The position numbers were made by a program, and so were the translations under genes. From the NCBI GenBank assembly GCA_044892525.1, contig CM097886.1:167140312-167204311 (forward strand): a DNA stretch of 64,000 nucleotides, given 5' to 3'. Every line of letters begins with the position of its first letter. The stretch's first letter is position 1. Positions 13,990 to 26,941 of the stretch are shown here, in pieces. This stretch comes from Schmidtea polychroa. Taxonomy: Eukaryota. A model generated the notes under the pieces. The model did no database searches. It saw nothing but the letters and a program-made list of their open reading frames with translations, and was not told where the DNA came from.

Positions 13990-15190
13990 CAAATTCTAAG
14001 TCTAGATGAATTAAATATAGAATTCTATGAATTAAATATTTTCGATGTTATTTTAATATCTCCAAAGTCTTCGAACTTTTCAGGAATAAATCTCAAATAC
14101 CAATATTCATTGTATAATTGCCACATATATTAGAAACATTACTTATTGATAGGCTCAATGAAATTAAAATCTTCTTCCAACATATATATATTAATTACAA
14201 TTTTTAAATTCTCTTCTTAAATCTAAAAATTTAAACAACTGATGTGAGCAGGAGCGGATTAAGCTTTCACGGAGCCCCTGGCTGCAATTCAAACTGGTGT
14301 CCGGTCCAGTCCAGCGTCCATATAAAATTATTGCTAGCAGCTAATATAAGACTGTAACTTGTAAGGCAGAGTTAAAAAAAGTAAATAGAAGTAAATTTAA
14401 TTTATATAAAGTTAAATGAATTCACACTTCATTAAAATATTTAATATTAGACTATATATTTCAACCTAGAACCTGCGCTTGCATAACCAATTTCTGTCAA
14501 ACCGCTCTTCTTTTCGCGCATGAACATGTGTAAACAATGTTAAAGTATAATAACGGCTTTGTCCCTCCTTATCCGAATGTATACATGATTCTTTAAAACC
14601 GTCATCCTTATGTTGACATAATGATGCACCACGCTGAATCCAGTGATTTCGCATGTTCTCAGAGATTTTTTTCTGACCAGAGATGAAGATCATCAATGGC
14701 AACATAATCCAAATCCATAACAGGCTGTGGAGAAGTTTTAAGCATGAATTTTTTGTAAAAGCATAATATGACACTCCAATTTTATTTTTAATTTTAAATT
14801 TTGGGGACCCCAAAAAATTGGGGGCCCCTGGCTTTAGCCCGATCAGCCCCCCTCCAAATCCGCTACTGGATGTGAGGTAATTATTAATATTGATCATAAA
14901 TATAATTACTTTAATTTCAGATACGTTAATATAATTTAATATATAATATGATATAATTTTATATCGATTTTAATATACAAATTTAATTCAAATAGTTATT
15001 TCAACTAACTGATTATACTATTAAAATTTAAATTATATAATATTTGAATAAGAGTTTTGAAACTCTTTACTCAAGTTATCTCTGTAACTGAGTTCAAGGA
15101 CATGAAAGGCTTGAGTAATATTATTTAGGATAGAAAAATTTGTAATTGAATCGTAACTATTTGCATGGATATTATGGACGGTATTTTTTA
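13990..15190. repeat. Dispersed repeat family, copy 1 (interrupted by a hAT element); other copies at ~35040-36520 (inverted) and ~57450-57645 (inverted, uninterrupted)
   Basis: 13990-14240 is the reverse complement of ~36190-36500, and 14950-15190 of ~35050-35295. The reverse complement of 57450-57645 joins both halves without the hAT insert. Confidence 0.75.
14249..14868. mobile_element. Non-autonomous hAT element, 620 bp
   Basis: Ends CAGGAGCGGATT / AATCCGCTACTG; exact 8-bp TSD GATGTGAG at 14241-14248 and 14869-14876. Confidence 0.9.
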
Positions 15191-16158
15191 TTAAGTCTGT
15201 CTCTTAAAAGATCTGACAGTTCACTGGCATCTGGAGTGCGTGGCTAAATTAACACAAGTGTGAAAACACCTGAAAATGAGCTCTGTTATATAGCCAATGG
15301 AAAGATACTAACCAATCATAGTTAGCTTTCGCATAACTAATGATAGGGCGATGTAAATTTTGTAATTTTTAACTTTATTGTAGCGTTTATAATGTTATGT
15401 TACTAATGATTTTAAGCATTTTTTCTATTTTATTTTGCCATTTACTTATGATAATACTGAATTTCCGAAATTATTTTAACGAGAAGCCCTTACTTGTTTA
15501 AAATATTTTGCGCAACCCTTACTTACTGAAAATCTTTCAAATATAATGAATTATATAATTAAATTTAAGAATTTTAATTAAAAGAAAATTTTAATATTAG
15601 TAAATTGACATTATTTATTAATTCATAATTCACACAATCCCAAAAAATACGAAATTCATATATGTATTGAAAATATGACATTTAATTATTTTATCAGTCA
15701 GAAGAGCGGTGTTAATTCTTTTCCTGCCTAAATACATTTATAAATGAATAGCAATGTTGGGTTATTATTTAGCAACTCGGGTAGTTTCTGACTTATTATG
15801 TCCTTTTCCAATAAAATAGCTAAAACCCAACATAGCATATTTATCACAATTACAAGTTGTCACTCGATTTGCATCTTTCTTTCGTTTACAATTGTTATCG
15901 GGTAATTGCCCAACGGGTAATCACCTTTTTGTTAGAGGATGGACGAAAACTGAAGATTCTGAAAATTAAATATTACATCGTAGGAGCAGATAAATGCAGA
16001 ATAAACATATATATGGACAATATACAATAATGATAAAATCTATGTGATGAAAGGAATAAACATTACTATATTGACTCGTGAAAATAACTTATTATTAATA
16101 ATTTGATGTGATCTGTTAATTTATCTATTTATACAATTATATTAATTTATTGGTTCTT

Positions 16159-17391
16159 CTAGCAGTAGGTAGAAATGCGCACTCCAGATCCATGTGCCTT
16201 CCAGATCTGGATACTTTTACTTACACACACACATTTTAAATTTTTAAAAAATACAAATTATTGATCTATACTTAAGAAAACTCATTCTGATATTAAAAAT
16301 GTATATTAAAAAATAAACATTTATTAAAATCCCAGATAAATTCGATTATTATCTCAAATCGGTGATATGACATTTTTCTCATCCATTTTATATCCCTGTA
16401 TTGAAATATTTACAAGCCAACATGTTTTAATTACAAAAATAGTTATCAATACATCGAGTAAGGATATCAAATTATTTAGAATCAATAAGTAACACACAGA
16501 CCTTAGTGTAATAGATGTTAATATATAATAAAATAAACCCACTCACATATATATATATATAGATTAAAACACGCACATATTAACATTATTTCATACATAC
16601 GCACAAATAAATATTATTCAATACATACAAGTCATAGAGGTTAAGCAGATAACAACCAATCAAAATCATGCATTGATATTGTATCTTTATTGCATGAGTA
16701 ATATCAAAACTGTAAAATTAATAAATTCTAATAGTATTTTAAACTATATTCAATCACTAATTATTGCAAAATAAAAAATTATTTCAGTTAATGGTTACAA
16801 AACTAATAAAAATATTACAATAAATCAAAACAACATAACGAAATATTTCAATAAATTACAATAATGTTATAAAGTATTCATTAAGTTGCAGTATAGTTGG
16901 AAATTATTTCGGTGAATGGCAACAATTTAATAAATAATTTACACTAAATTACCACAAAATTATGAAACCTTTCATTAAATTGCAACAAAGTAATAACATA
17001 TTTTGGAAAAATTCCCAACAGTTCTAAAATATTTAAGCAAATTGTAACAAGATTATAAAAATATTGCAGCAAGTAATAACATACCGATGACTATTCATAT
17101 TTTTTGATTATGTTTTTATTTGGGGTATGTGAAAACTTATATCAGTGTATTAATATCAATTCGAATTTCTGTTTGTCACAGTAAATAATATTAAATAAAA
17201 TTTCTCTCGGTTTTATGAACTTAAAAATAAATTATTATTGAAAATAAAAATTAAAAAATGTTAAAAAAAGGGGCGGTCTGTAAAAAAATCTTTAAAAAAA
17301 TGTGGGGTTGGGTATTTAAAATTTTTTTTAAAAAGGTATATAGATCTTGAAAGCACATGGATCTGGAGTGCACATTACTACCTACTTCTAG
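16159..17391. mobile_element. ~1.23-kb non-autonomous TIR element
   Basis: ~50-bp imperfect TIRs CTAGCAGTAGGTAGAAATGCGCACTCCAGATCCATGTGC / GCACATGGATCTGGAGTGCACATTACTACCTACTTCTAG, with CTAG (or a TA TSD) at both ends. No ORF. Confidence 0.7.
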
Positions 17392-20300
17392 CCCCTTTAT
17401 ATTCTTATCTCAGACAAAAACCCTACATGAAAATTCCTCAAATTGATGGAAGTGGTGATCTTTATAACAATAAGCTACATTCTTTATGTTGCGTACTAAT
17501 ATCCGTTAACGCGAGGAAATTTATTTTTCGACGTTAAAAAAATCAATAAAGTTACAAACTTTGTCCTATTTTCTAAATAATTATCAATTAATTTAATATA
17601 TTTAAAAATATCCATTATTCATTCTATTAATTATAAATTAATCAATTAAATTAATTCGCACATTTAAAATAGTTTTAATTGGAATCTCAAATAAAGGAGG
17701 AAAAGTAATTAAAGACAGAAAACCCTTGTTACCCATTCTAGAGGAGATAAAAGAATTAAAAAAACCCAATTAAAATAGACACTATGACATTTTCAAAATG
17801 GAGTGCTATTCAACATATTTATATTTCATAATGAAAATGTACAATTTAAACAAAAGTAAATTTTTTTTCAATTAAAACAAATATAACTTTTATTGGTACA
17901 AATACTATTTACTTTTTATAGAATTAAATCTAAAATAGAGAAATCGGTTTGCAAACATTTCGTAATAATTATTATGTACTTTTCATTAAAGGGGTTGTGA
18001 CCTGGACTGCTGATTCTCGTTCTAATATAATCCTGTTGAACTTTATTAAATTAAATAATTAAAGCAAATTTAAGTAAAATTATTTTTGAAATATTTCTTT
18101 TCTAAAATAAATATTAATTTTGAACGAAATGCAAATTGGATAAATTATGTATCACTCGATCGAGATAAGTCAATTTTTGGACATCATTGAAATAAAAAAG
18201 TCATGTTGTCGATTAAAAATAACAGTCAATAACAGGCTCAGATATATATTCTATGGATTCAAATAAATTGAAATAAGGCGATAATTGCGACATTTTTAGT
18301 TAACCTTTTTAGTGATCTCAATTCTTTATTAACACGTTGTGTTAAAATATCCCTCCGATCCAAGATAGAAAAGTATAATATCCTACATCACCACAATCTT
18401 TTCAGCATAACATCTTCATGGGCTACACTTTTTGAGGGTAATGTAAATTTACTTATATTGTCTGACGTAGCCTTGGTTGAAACGATGAGTGTTGGACATA
18501 TATGGCTGACGCGGCGATCAATGTGTTAAAAATTTAACCCCTCTTCCATAATCTAACATTTCGCCCGTTCTATTTTTATAGTTTCTTCACTGACTAAAAT
18601 ATATGAAGATTGGTAAAAATAAATATACCGAATAAATAAATGTTAATAATTAGTTCGAGTGGTTTATATCATTTTACGGGTAATTCTCGTAAAGCCACAG
18701 GAAAACTAACTTAAATAGTTTATAATTTTATAAATCTTTTTTCATTGGAATATACTGCAAAATGTGGCTTCCTTCTGTTTTATTTGTAGTTTTTTTTTCA
18801 AATTGAATTAGAATATTAAATTTTAAAGAGTATTCTTTTTTGATGAAGAAAATATTTAGGTATTTGTTATTTTGTATGCGTTCATTGATATAAGATTAGA
18901 AGCAGTATCAGCCCTAGGGTTTACGGTGCCCCAATGCAACGATGGTTTTGGCGCTCTTAATAAATTTATTGACTCAATAATTTTTCATTAGAAAATATAA
19001 AACGGTAATAAGAAAATATTTTACATTTTTTTTCATAGAAACTGGGATTCCTAAAAGACTGGCCGTGATTAGGAGGTTTTGAGTTTTGACAAATGTATTG
19101 CATTGTGATGTATTTTAATGAGTTAAGGATTCCTAATTGGTGGATTTAGCGATTTAGCAATAACTAAAAGTGATTGGATGCGGCGAAGTTATTGATCGCA
19201 CAATTTTCCTGTATTTTTTTGTTGAATATTTAAAATCGATTTTATATAAAATTAAAAAATATTTAATTAAAGAAAAATTCTTTTTGTTTAAAATTAAACA
19301 CATATAAAAGGGTTTCAATTATATTTGATCGGTATCAATGATAATTGAATAAATGATATGACTCCCTTGGTGATACCAATTTTTCAGAATTTTATTCCTT
19401 TCGAAATATGAATTAATTTTTCATTTGTTGATTAAAAAAAAACTAGAGCTTAATAATTGTGTTAAATGACAATTAAAAAATAAATTTTCAAATCCATTCA
19501 ATGAAAAAAAATGTGACTGTCGAGTTTAAATAAATAAATAATATCGAAATGAATATTGTGTTGATTCAAACTAAAGCTTCTTGCCGAAATATGTTTTGAT
19601 GGATTTTTATCCCATCATCTGCACAGGAGTTGTTGATTTAATTTTTCGTAAAAATCATTTAAAAGTGTATCGGTGAGTTTCAATTTGAACTCCTCAAATA
19701 TAGAGAAAAAACCAATTATTGACTGGAAAACATTATTCAGACTTGCTGGGAAAGTAAACATCTTTCTTGGTTTCGTGTAGATTTTGTCGACGCATAATAG
19801 GGAAATCTAATTGCCAGCCGAGTCATTCTAAGTCACTTGTAATAATCGTTTCGCCATATTTCCATTTTTACATTTTCAATAATTTATATTTTAGACATTT
19901 TCCCCTCTTTTTTTAAATGAGATTTNNNNNNNNNNNNNNNNNNNNNNNNNNNNNNNNNNNNNNNNNNNNNNNNNNNNNNNNNNNNNNNNNNNNNNNNNNN
20001 NNNNNNNNNNNNNNNNNNNNNNNNNNNNNNNNNNNNNNNNNNNNNNNNNNNNNNNTTTTATGTACCTTTGTCCTTTCGCGGAAGAGCACCATATGACCCG
20101 TGATAATATTGCATAAAATAATACATGTGATATTAGTAAAAAAATATTTCAACTTAATTGCTCATTGAAAACAATCAAAAAAATAAACATAATTGTTTTT
20201 TTATTATTTTAGATACTCCTCGACCAGATTGATTCATTAATTTTTTGATATCTAAAAATATTATGACAAAAATGTTTCATCCAATCACAAACAACCTAAT

Positions 20301-20987
20301 TAATTTACACCAGTAGTGAATAGTAAGGACTCCAGGACACTTTCAAGGTCATCCCAATGTCCAGATCAAATATAGGTCAATCGAATCATTTTTTTTTTAA
20401 TTAACANNNNNNNNNNNNNNNNNNNNNNNNNNNNNNNNNNNNNNNNNNNNNNNNNNNNNNNNNNNNNNNNNNNNNNNNNNNNNNNNNNNNNNNNNNNNNN
20501 NNNNNNNNNNNNNNNNNNNNNNNNNNNNNNNNNNNATTATTTTATTATGCTTTTATTTTAGTATTATTTTATTATTTTATTATTTTATTTATTATTATTA
20601 TTTTTTTTTTTTTATTTTTTTTTTTATTTTTTTTTTTTTTTTTAATTTTACATTTACATTATATTCTAACAAGAGGTAAATTATAACGATAATATTTCAA
20701 TTTGAATAAAATTTTAATTAGTAATTATTCAATTTGAATAAATTTTAATTAGAAATTATTTAATTTATTATAAAATAAAACGCTGAGTTAATTTTAGATA
20801 AACTGGATATTAATATTTCGGAAAAAATAAATAAATAAATAAAATAAACACAAAAATAATATTTCTTACTTGAAACTAATTATCTAAATTAATTGGACAA
20901 ATGAATAATTAAATGATAAAACACATTTTAATTAACTAAGTCAAACAATTCACAATATATATTTTATTATTCATATAAATTTAATTG

Positions 20988-23900
20988 TTAAAGTGCTTGT
21001 TTCGATTTGCATTCATTTCTAGACATAGCAGTTGCAATATGCATTTGGCGAATCTTATAGTGACCGTAGGCATAACTTTCATTACAATTGTACCAATACC
21101 TTTTATCGTCCAAACATTGGAGAGCTCGTTTTTCTGTCATGAAAGTATACAACTGATGATTGACACTTCCTATTCTTTTTTGTGGGATGCTCACTGTTCC
21201 ACCATCAGTATACACTTTTTTATAGGCTTCATGTGTAAGATTAGAGTTTGTAAGTCTTATTCCTTTGGCTTTTAGAGTGTTTTTATCGCCTTGGAGTGAG
21301 TAGCACTTGGGTCGAAGAAACACCCATTCTTTATATTGATTTCCTTTATTCTCATCCTTGAATTTCCCGATTACCGAACAAATTTTATCTGAGAACAATG
21401 GATCAGTCACTGGATAATTTGAAGTATCTAGGAGCCCATCGGCAATCATTTTTGGATATAGTTGTAAGCGTAAATCTACATTTTTACACTCTAAAAAGAA
21501 GGAATCTGTGTCACCGGCTACGATATTAATTTGACAATTGAATTCTTCTCTATAACTCTGTAGTTCTTTATATTGAAACTGGTACATGCGAAGTTTGGAT
21601 AAATCAAGTACGGTTTGTCCAATATACATTGGTCTATCTAAACACACAATTTCCTTATTGAGTATAACAGCAATGAGATCATCCGCAATCTTGATGCTAC
21701 GACGAAACATAGGATTACTACAATAAGTTATCAATCTTTTGCTTTTGCTGCATAATCTCAAATTTATACGTTTCTTCAAGTTTTCCACAGTTTTACCGTA
21801 TAAACTGTTGTTCTTTAACTTATAATAATCTCGCTGAAACGAATCTGTACTAGCTGCTCTCATTTTGGTATTGTAATCAATATAGCCTTTGAAAATAGCC
21901 ACTTGCTTGAATTCTACAGCACGATTAACTTTTGTGACTTTTGCGCCGTAACTCAACCACTCTGTCAAAACTCTACCATTAACTACATAGTTTTTCTTAG
22001 GCTCATGAGTTAACAACAGCTTTTCAACTTTACTACCAGGTGGATAACAAAGCTCAGGAGCTATAGGTAAATCATCTAGTTTATCTTGTATACTATCAGG
22101 AATGACGATGTCAACCTCTAGAACATATCCAAGATCTCCATCAAACTTATCCCCATTTGCACATCTTTCAACAATACCATTCATTTCAGTCTGATCATTT
22201 ATCCATCTAAATTCACCAACAGGAAGTTTTTGCGACAGCGCCCATCCATATAAATTATTAACATCTAGGTATGACATTTGTGTTGATTCATCAGCTTCAA
22301 CATGATGTTTGTTGATAAATGTCATTCCACCACGAATACCAGCTTCAAATAAACGGTAAAGCTCTGGATCTTGAATAAGTTCTACTGGTTCAGGTAACTG
22401 TTTAATAGCTGATGCCCAACTTAATCCGGTTATGGAAACAAACGATAGAGCCTCAAGTCCATCTTCGTCAAATGTTTTTTCTCTGAAAGCTTCAAAAACA
22501 TCGGCCAACAGAAAAACATCCAACTTGAGATATACTAGCATGTAATCTAGCAGTGTCTCACAGTTGTATTGTCGCCAGATTCGATTTGCATGTATATAAT
22601 CTTCTTGACTAACTCCCTCCCAAATCGGTGGTAATTCTGTTATTGACTGTAAAACATCCATTGATGTAGCCATATCATAAGGAAATATGCCTTTACCAGT
22701 TATTAAATGCGAATTGAAAATCTTTGAAGTAAGTGGAAGACGTGGCAAGTTTTTTGATAAATTTGCCAAGCTGCTATTTAAAAATTGTAAAGAATCAATG
22801 AATCTAATTCTTCTGCCTTTCGATGTCGCTGTAAGTGTGAGAAACTTTTCTGTTGATTGAGGAATAACAATTAAATTCCAATCGGGGAATTTTCCAATTG
22901 CATATTTTAATATATGATGAATGTCATATCCACGAAGATTATGAAATACAACAGGTAAAGACGGATTGATTCTTCTAGCCAAATTACAATCTTGACACGC
23001 TGCTCCGAGATATTGACCAGTAAAATGATCATGATCTCGAACAGGTATATTGATAATCTTTTTACAAAGGTAGCAATGAGTTTGAGTCGTGAATTCTTCC
23101 TGCTGTTCCCAAGTGAGTTCCATCATTTCCTTCGATCCATTAATTTTATACCACGGATAAACTATGTCTGTAGCTATATCATCCAATGCTTGTATAAACT
23201 GAATGATACAGTTTTTCCCAACAAATGTTTCATTTCGAATCGGACAACCTTGATGAAGAAGCACAAATTCAGATGCAATCGGCTCATGTTTTTGGAAGTG
23301 CTTGTCATCTAGAGGTAATATTGATTCAAAGTCCGCGTAGACAACAAACTGCTGTTTTATAGTTTTACTCCAGTCTTTAAATTCGATATATTTATTCTCT
23401 GGCATTGAGTATAGAGTCGTCCGCTCCACATTCTTCCTACAAAGACCTATATGTCTTTCAAAAGCAGGACGTTTTTGAAACCCATGAAGACACGTATGAC
23501 ACCAATGTGATTGGATTCTGACTCCTTCTACTCTATCTCTGTAATTGAGCAGTCGATCGAGATTAGTTACAGCCAAAAAATGATAATTTAATTCTAAAAT
23601 TTAGTTAATATTTTTAATGATTAAAAGAAATATTACCTTCTTCAATCAATAAGAGATATAATTGACATCCCGTCGAAGTACTTCTATATACCAAGTCAAC
23701 GAACGGATTCTTGAAAATATCATTAGTTTTTTGTTTAATTGGATCTTTATTATATTTGAGAACATTGATCGCTAGATTAGGATTCATTGCCTCAAATTGG
23801 CAAATGTTAACCAACTTCATTGGAAACCAATCTGATTTCCATTTTAACTCTAAATATATATATTTTTAGAATGATATAAATATATATTACCACTTAAATT

Positions 23901-24962
23901 ATATTTCATTACTCTTTCTCTGTGATGTTTTATGTCATCATAATGTAATACGGCCAGTATGCTATATAAAAAGCAGAATTGATCATTATTTTGAACATTA
24001 ACTAAAGCCTGGCAGTTTTTCAGGTAATTTGGCGTTTTAATGTAACTTGAACCTAAGTAAATATCTTGATTTATATATATAATAATGTAAATAAACTTAC
24101 CAGATACATGTATTATGTCTGATAATTTAGTTAAAATCATAGTAACTTCTAATATTTTATGAATTCTCCACCCACTACTTTGTTGAGTGTATTTCTCCAA
24201 CTTTTCTTTTAATTTTTCAATTCCATCATTAATAAATGAAGATGACATTGTAATTGCTTTATTCGACAAACACCATTTTTAATTTCACCATCCTCTTTGA
24301 TAAACTCTGCACAAAGTCCAAATTGGATTTTTACTGTACCCATTCGTTGAATATGATCTTCTATTTCTCTGATGAGATAATCTGGAACAACAATGTCAGG
24401 AGAATTAATTGCAGATACATCGCTTGTCAATTCAACACGAGAACTATTTAAGTCAGACTCCCGACGTGGACACAATTGTATGTTAGAGTCTCCATTTCCG
24501 TAAAATATTGACTTTCGTTTTGTGGTACCAGAGTTTTGTCTAACTATATTTATAATTAATATTAAACAACTTAAATAACATAACTTGTAACATATTCTTT
24601 AATCTGCTTAGGATCGTATGATGTATTCATTTTCGGTTGTACTATAAAAAATTAATAATTGTTAATAGTAGAAAGAGTATTACTTTTAGTGATCATCCTG
24701 CTCTTCGTTTCTTCGAATCTTCTAAGATGGTGTCCGTGTTGTCGTACAAACATATACCACCTACCTGGTGATATAATGAGACATTCCGGACATATGTAAC
24801 CCGATAAGGTAGAGTCATTTATCTTGAAATATGATGATGTAACTGATTTACAGTTCTCCACATCTTCATGACTTTCGGCAATACAAAATTTATATAAACT
24901 GCATCCGTTCACTAAAAGAAAATAATCATTAATATTAGATAGAGAATAAAAAATTATTCACT
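20988..24962 (-). pseudogene. polB: Left-arm copy of the spliced pPolB gene with a 1-bp frameshift
   Basis: Mirror of 28581-32556. The run at 24276-24280 is T5 versus A6 at 29263-29268, which splits the 208-aa ORF into 24209-24475 and 23850-24269. The terminal exon ORF 20988-23576 has the same 862-aa translation as the right copy. The indel could be a homopolymer sequencing error. Confidence 0.75.
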
Positions 24963-24985
24963 TATATAAGTTAAATTAAAAGTTT

Positions 24986-25123
24986 AAATGACAAACATTT
25001 GAAAAGTTACTGCTTATATATTACACATGATTAAATTCTGACCAATCAAAATCAAGGAAGGGGTAGGAAAAATAAATATATTCTGACCAATCAAAATCAA
25101 GGAAGGGGTAGGAAAAATAAATG
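24986..25123 (-). promoter_or_regulatory. Left-arm mirror of the polB promoter (2x CCAAT, TATA, Inr)
   Basis: 45-bp duplication containing GACCAATC at 25035 and 25080; reverse complement of 28420-28557. Confidence 0.65.
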
Positions 25124-25249
25124 TGTTACAGTATTTTAAAAGTTCAATATATTTTAAAACACATTTTGATGCTAAAGTTGACTTATTTAACATTTTCATA
25201 ATAATTTAATAAAAATAATGTGATGAACCCACAAAGTAATATCATTTTT

Positions 25250-25675
25250 CATCAAATTGCAAAACAGTAATAACGTTTTCATAAAATTGTAACAAAATAA
25301 TAACATATTTCAGATAAATTTTCAACAGTTGTAAAATATTTAAACAAATTGTAACAAGATTAGAAAATATTACAACAAAGTAGTAACATATTTCAGAAAA
25401 TTTCAACAAAGTTGTAAAATATTTATCAAATTGTAACTAAAATAATAAAAATATTGCAACAAAGTAATAAAATAATGATGTTAATTGGGACAAATCAATA
25501 CATTATTTCGAAGACGGACAACAAATTAAAAAGAATATTGTAATAAATTGTGAAGTCTTTCAGTAAATTACAACAAAGTAATAACATATTTCGGAAATAT
25601 TTCACCAGATGTAAAATATTTAAGCAAAATGTTATAAGATTATAAAAATATTGCAACAAAGTAATAAAATAATAC
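25250..25675. repeat. Degenerate ~83-bp tandem repeat block inside the arm (mirror at ~27868-28293)
   Basis: Recurring AAATT(G/A)(C/T)AACAAAGTAATAACATATTTC and TGTAAAATATTTA motifs. Confidence 0.7.
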
Positions 25676-25693
25676 AACATTTTAAACTCTAGA

Positions 25694-26445
25694 TCAATCC
25701 ATTTTATAGAAAATTAAATTTTATCTCTATAATATATGAATAAATATACAAGGAAATTACGTTAACTGTATGAAAAATACAAATTTATCGTAAAAAACAT
25801 GTGTGTATTACACACAACATACAAGACATAATTTTTAATCAAGCTATTTTATAGAAAATTAAATTTTATCTATATAATATATGAATAAATATTCAAGGAA
25901 ATTACGTTAACGTATAATAAATACAAATTTATCATAAAAACATGTGTGTATTACACAAAAAAAAAACAAGATACATAATTTCTAATCAATCCATTTTATA
26001 GAAAATTAAATTTTATCTATATATTATATGAATAAAATCCTAAGAAAATTACGTTAACTATATGAAAAATACAAATTTATCTTAAAAACATGTGTGTATT
26101 ACACACAGAACAAGATACATAATTTCTAATCAATCCATTTTATAGAAAATTAAATTTTATCTATATATTATATGAATAAAATCCTAAGAAAATTACGTTA
26201 ACTGTATGAAAAATACAAATTTATCGTAAAAACATGTGTGTATTACACACAAAGCGACAAACTAAAATTGTAATTGAGCCATTTTATAGAAAATTAAATT
26301 TTATCTATATAATATATGAATAAAAATCCAAGAAAATTACGTTAACCGCGCGAAAAATACAAATTTATCGTAAAAACATGTGTGTATTACACACAAAGCG
26401 ACAAACTAAAATTGTAATTGAGCCATTTTGTAGAGAATTAAATTC
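25694..26445. repeat. Array of five 144-147-bp units plus a partial unit, each with internal palindromes (mirror at ~27098-27849)
   Basis: ATTTT(A/G)TAGA recurs at 25701, 25846, 25993, 26137, 26281 and 26425. Units carry TGTGTGTA-T-TACACA(CA) and ACGTTAAC palindromes. Confidence 0.9.
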
Positions 26446-26556
26446 TGCCTATACATGGTTACACTTAAATCCCAATCGAACAAAGAGAAAAGAGAGAAAA
26501 AGAGAGAGAAAAAACAGTAGAGTAGGGTATTGTGTGGACCCGGGAACAAAGACATA

Positions 26557-26576
26557 TGACGTCATCGATGACGTCA
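26557..26576. other. Perfect 20-bp palindrome TGACGTCATCGATGACGTCA (two CRE-like octamers) in the central spacer
   Basis: Direct reading; the direct repeat ACAAAGACATAT occurs on both sides. Confidence 0.85.
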
Positions 26577-26765
26577 CAAAGACATATTACNNNNNNNNNN
26601 NNNNNNNNNNNNNNNNNNNNNNNNNNNNNNNNNNNNNNNNNNNNNNNNNNNNNNNNNNNNNNNNNNNNNNNNNNNNNNNNNNNNNNNNNNNNNNNNNNNN
26701 NNNNNNNNNNNNNNNNNNNNNNNNNNNNNNNNNNNNNNNNNNNNNNNNNNNNNNNNNNNNNNNNN

Positions 26766-26941
26766 GTATTTTAAAATTTATATTACGTTGCGGTATTTTA
26801 AAATTTATATTACGTTGCGGTATTTTAAAATTTATATTACGTTGCGGTATTTTAAAATTTATATTACGTTGCGGTATTTTAAAATTTATATTACGTTGCG
26901 GTATTTTAAAATTTATATTACGTTGCGGTATTTTAAAATTT
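26766..26941. repeat. 27-bp tandem array (6.5 visible copies) in the central spacer
   Basis: Unit GTATTTTAAAATTTATATTACGTTGCG. The bases before the N-run end in ATATTAC, matching the unit, so the array may continue through 26591-26765. Confidence 0.95.

Larger units (their letters stand above)
20312..26544 (-). repeat. Left arm of the giant inverted repeat
   Basis: Reverse complement of 27000-33259 from the terminus to the inner CCCGGG (26539-26544). ORF-track entries are mirrored (coordinate sums 53543/53544). Confidence 0.95.

Noticed and set aside
20985-23312. + strand ORFs 20985-21275 and 22992-23312 (and mirrors 30232-30552, 32269-32559)
   Set aside because: Antisense shadows of polB with no motifs.
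25014-25680. 61-aa ORFs 25014-25199 and 25495-25680 (mirrors 28344-28529, 27863-28048) as extra element genes
   Set aside because: They coincide with the promoter duplication and the AT-rich repeat block, and have low-complexity composition.
25694-26941. CRISPR-like reading of the 144-bp and 27-bp arrays
   Set aside because: There are no unique spacers between repeats and no cas genes, and the context is eukaryotic.
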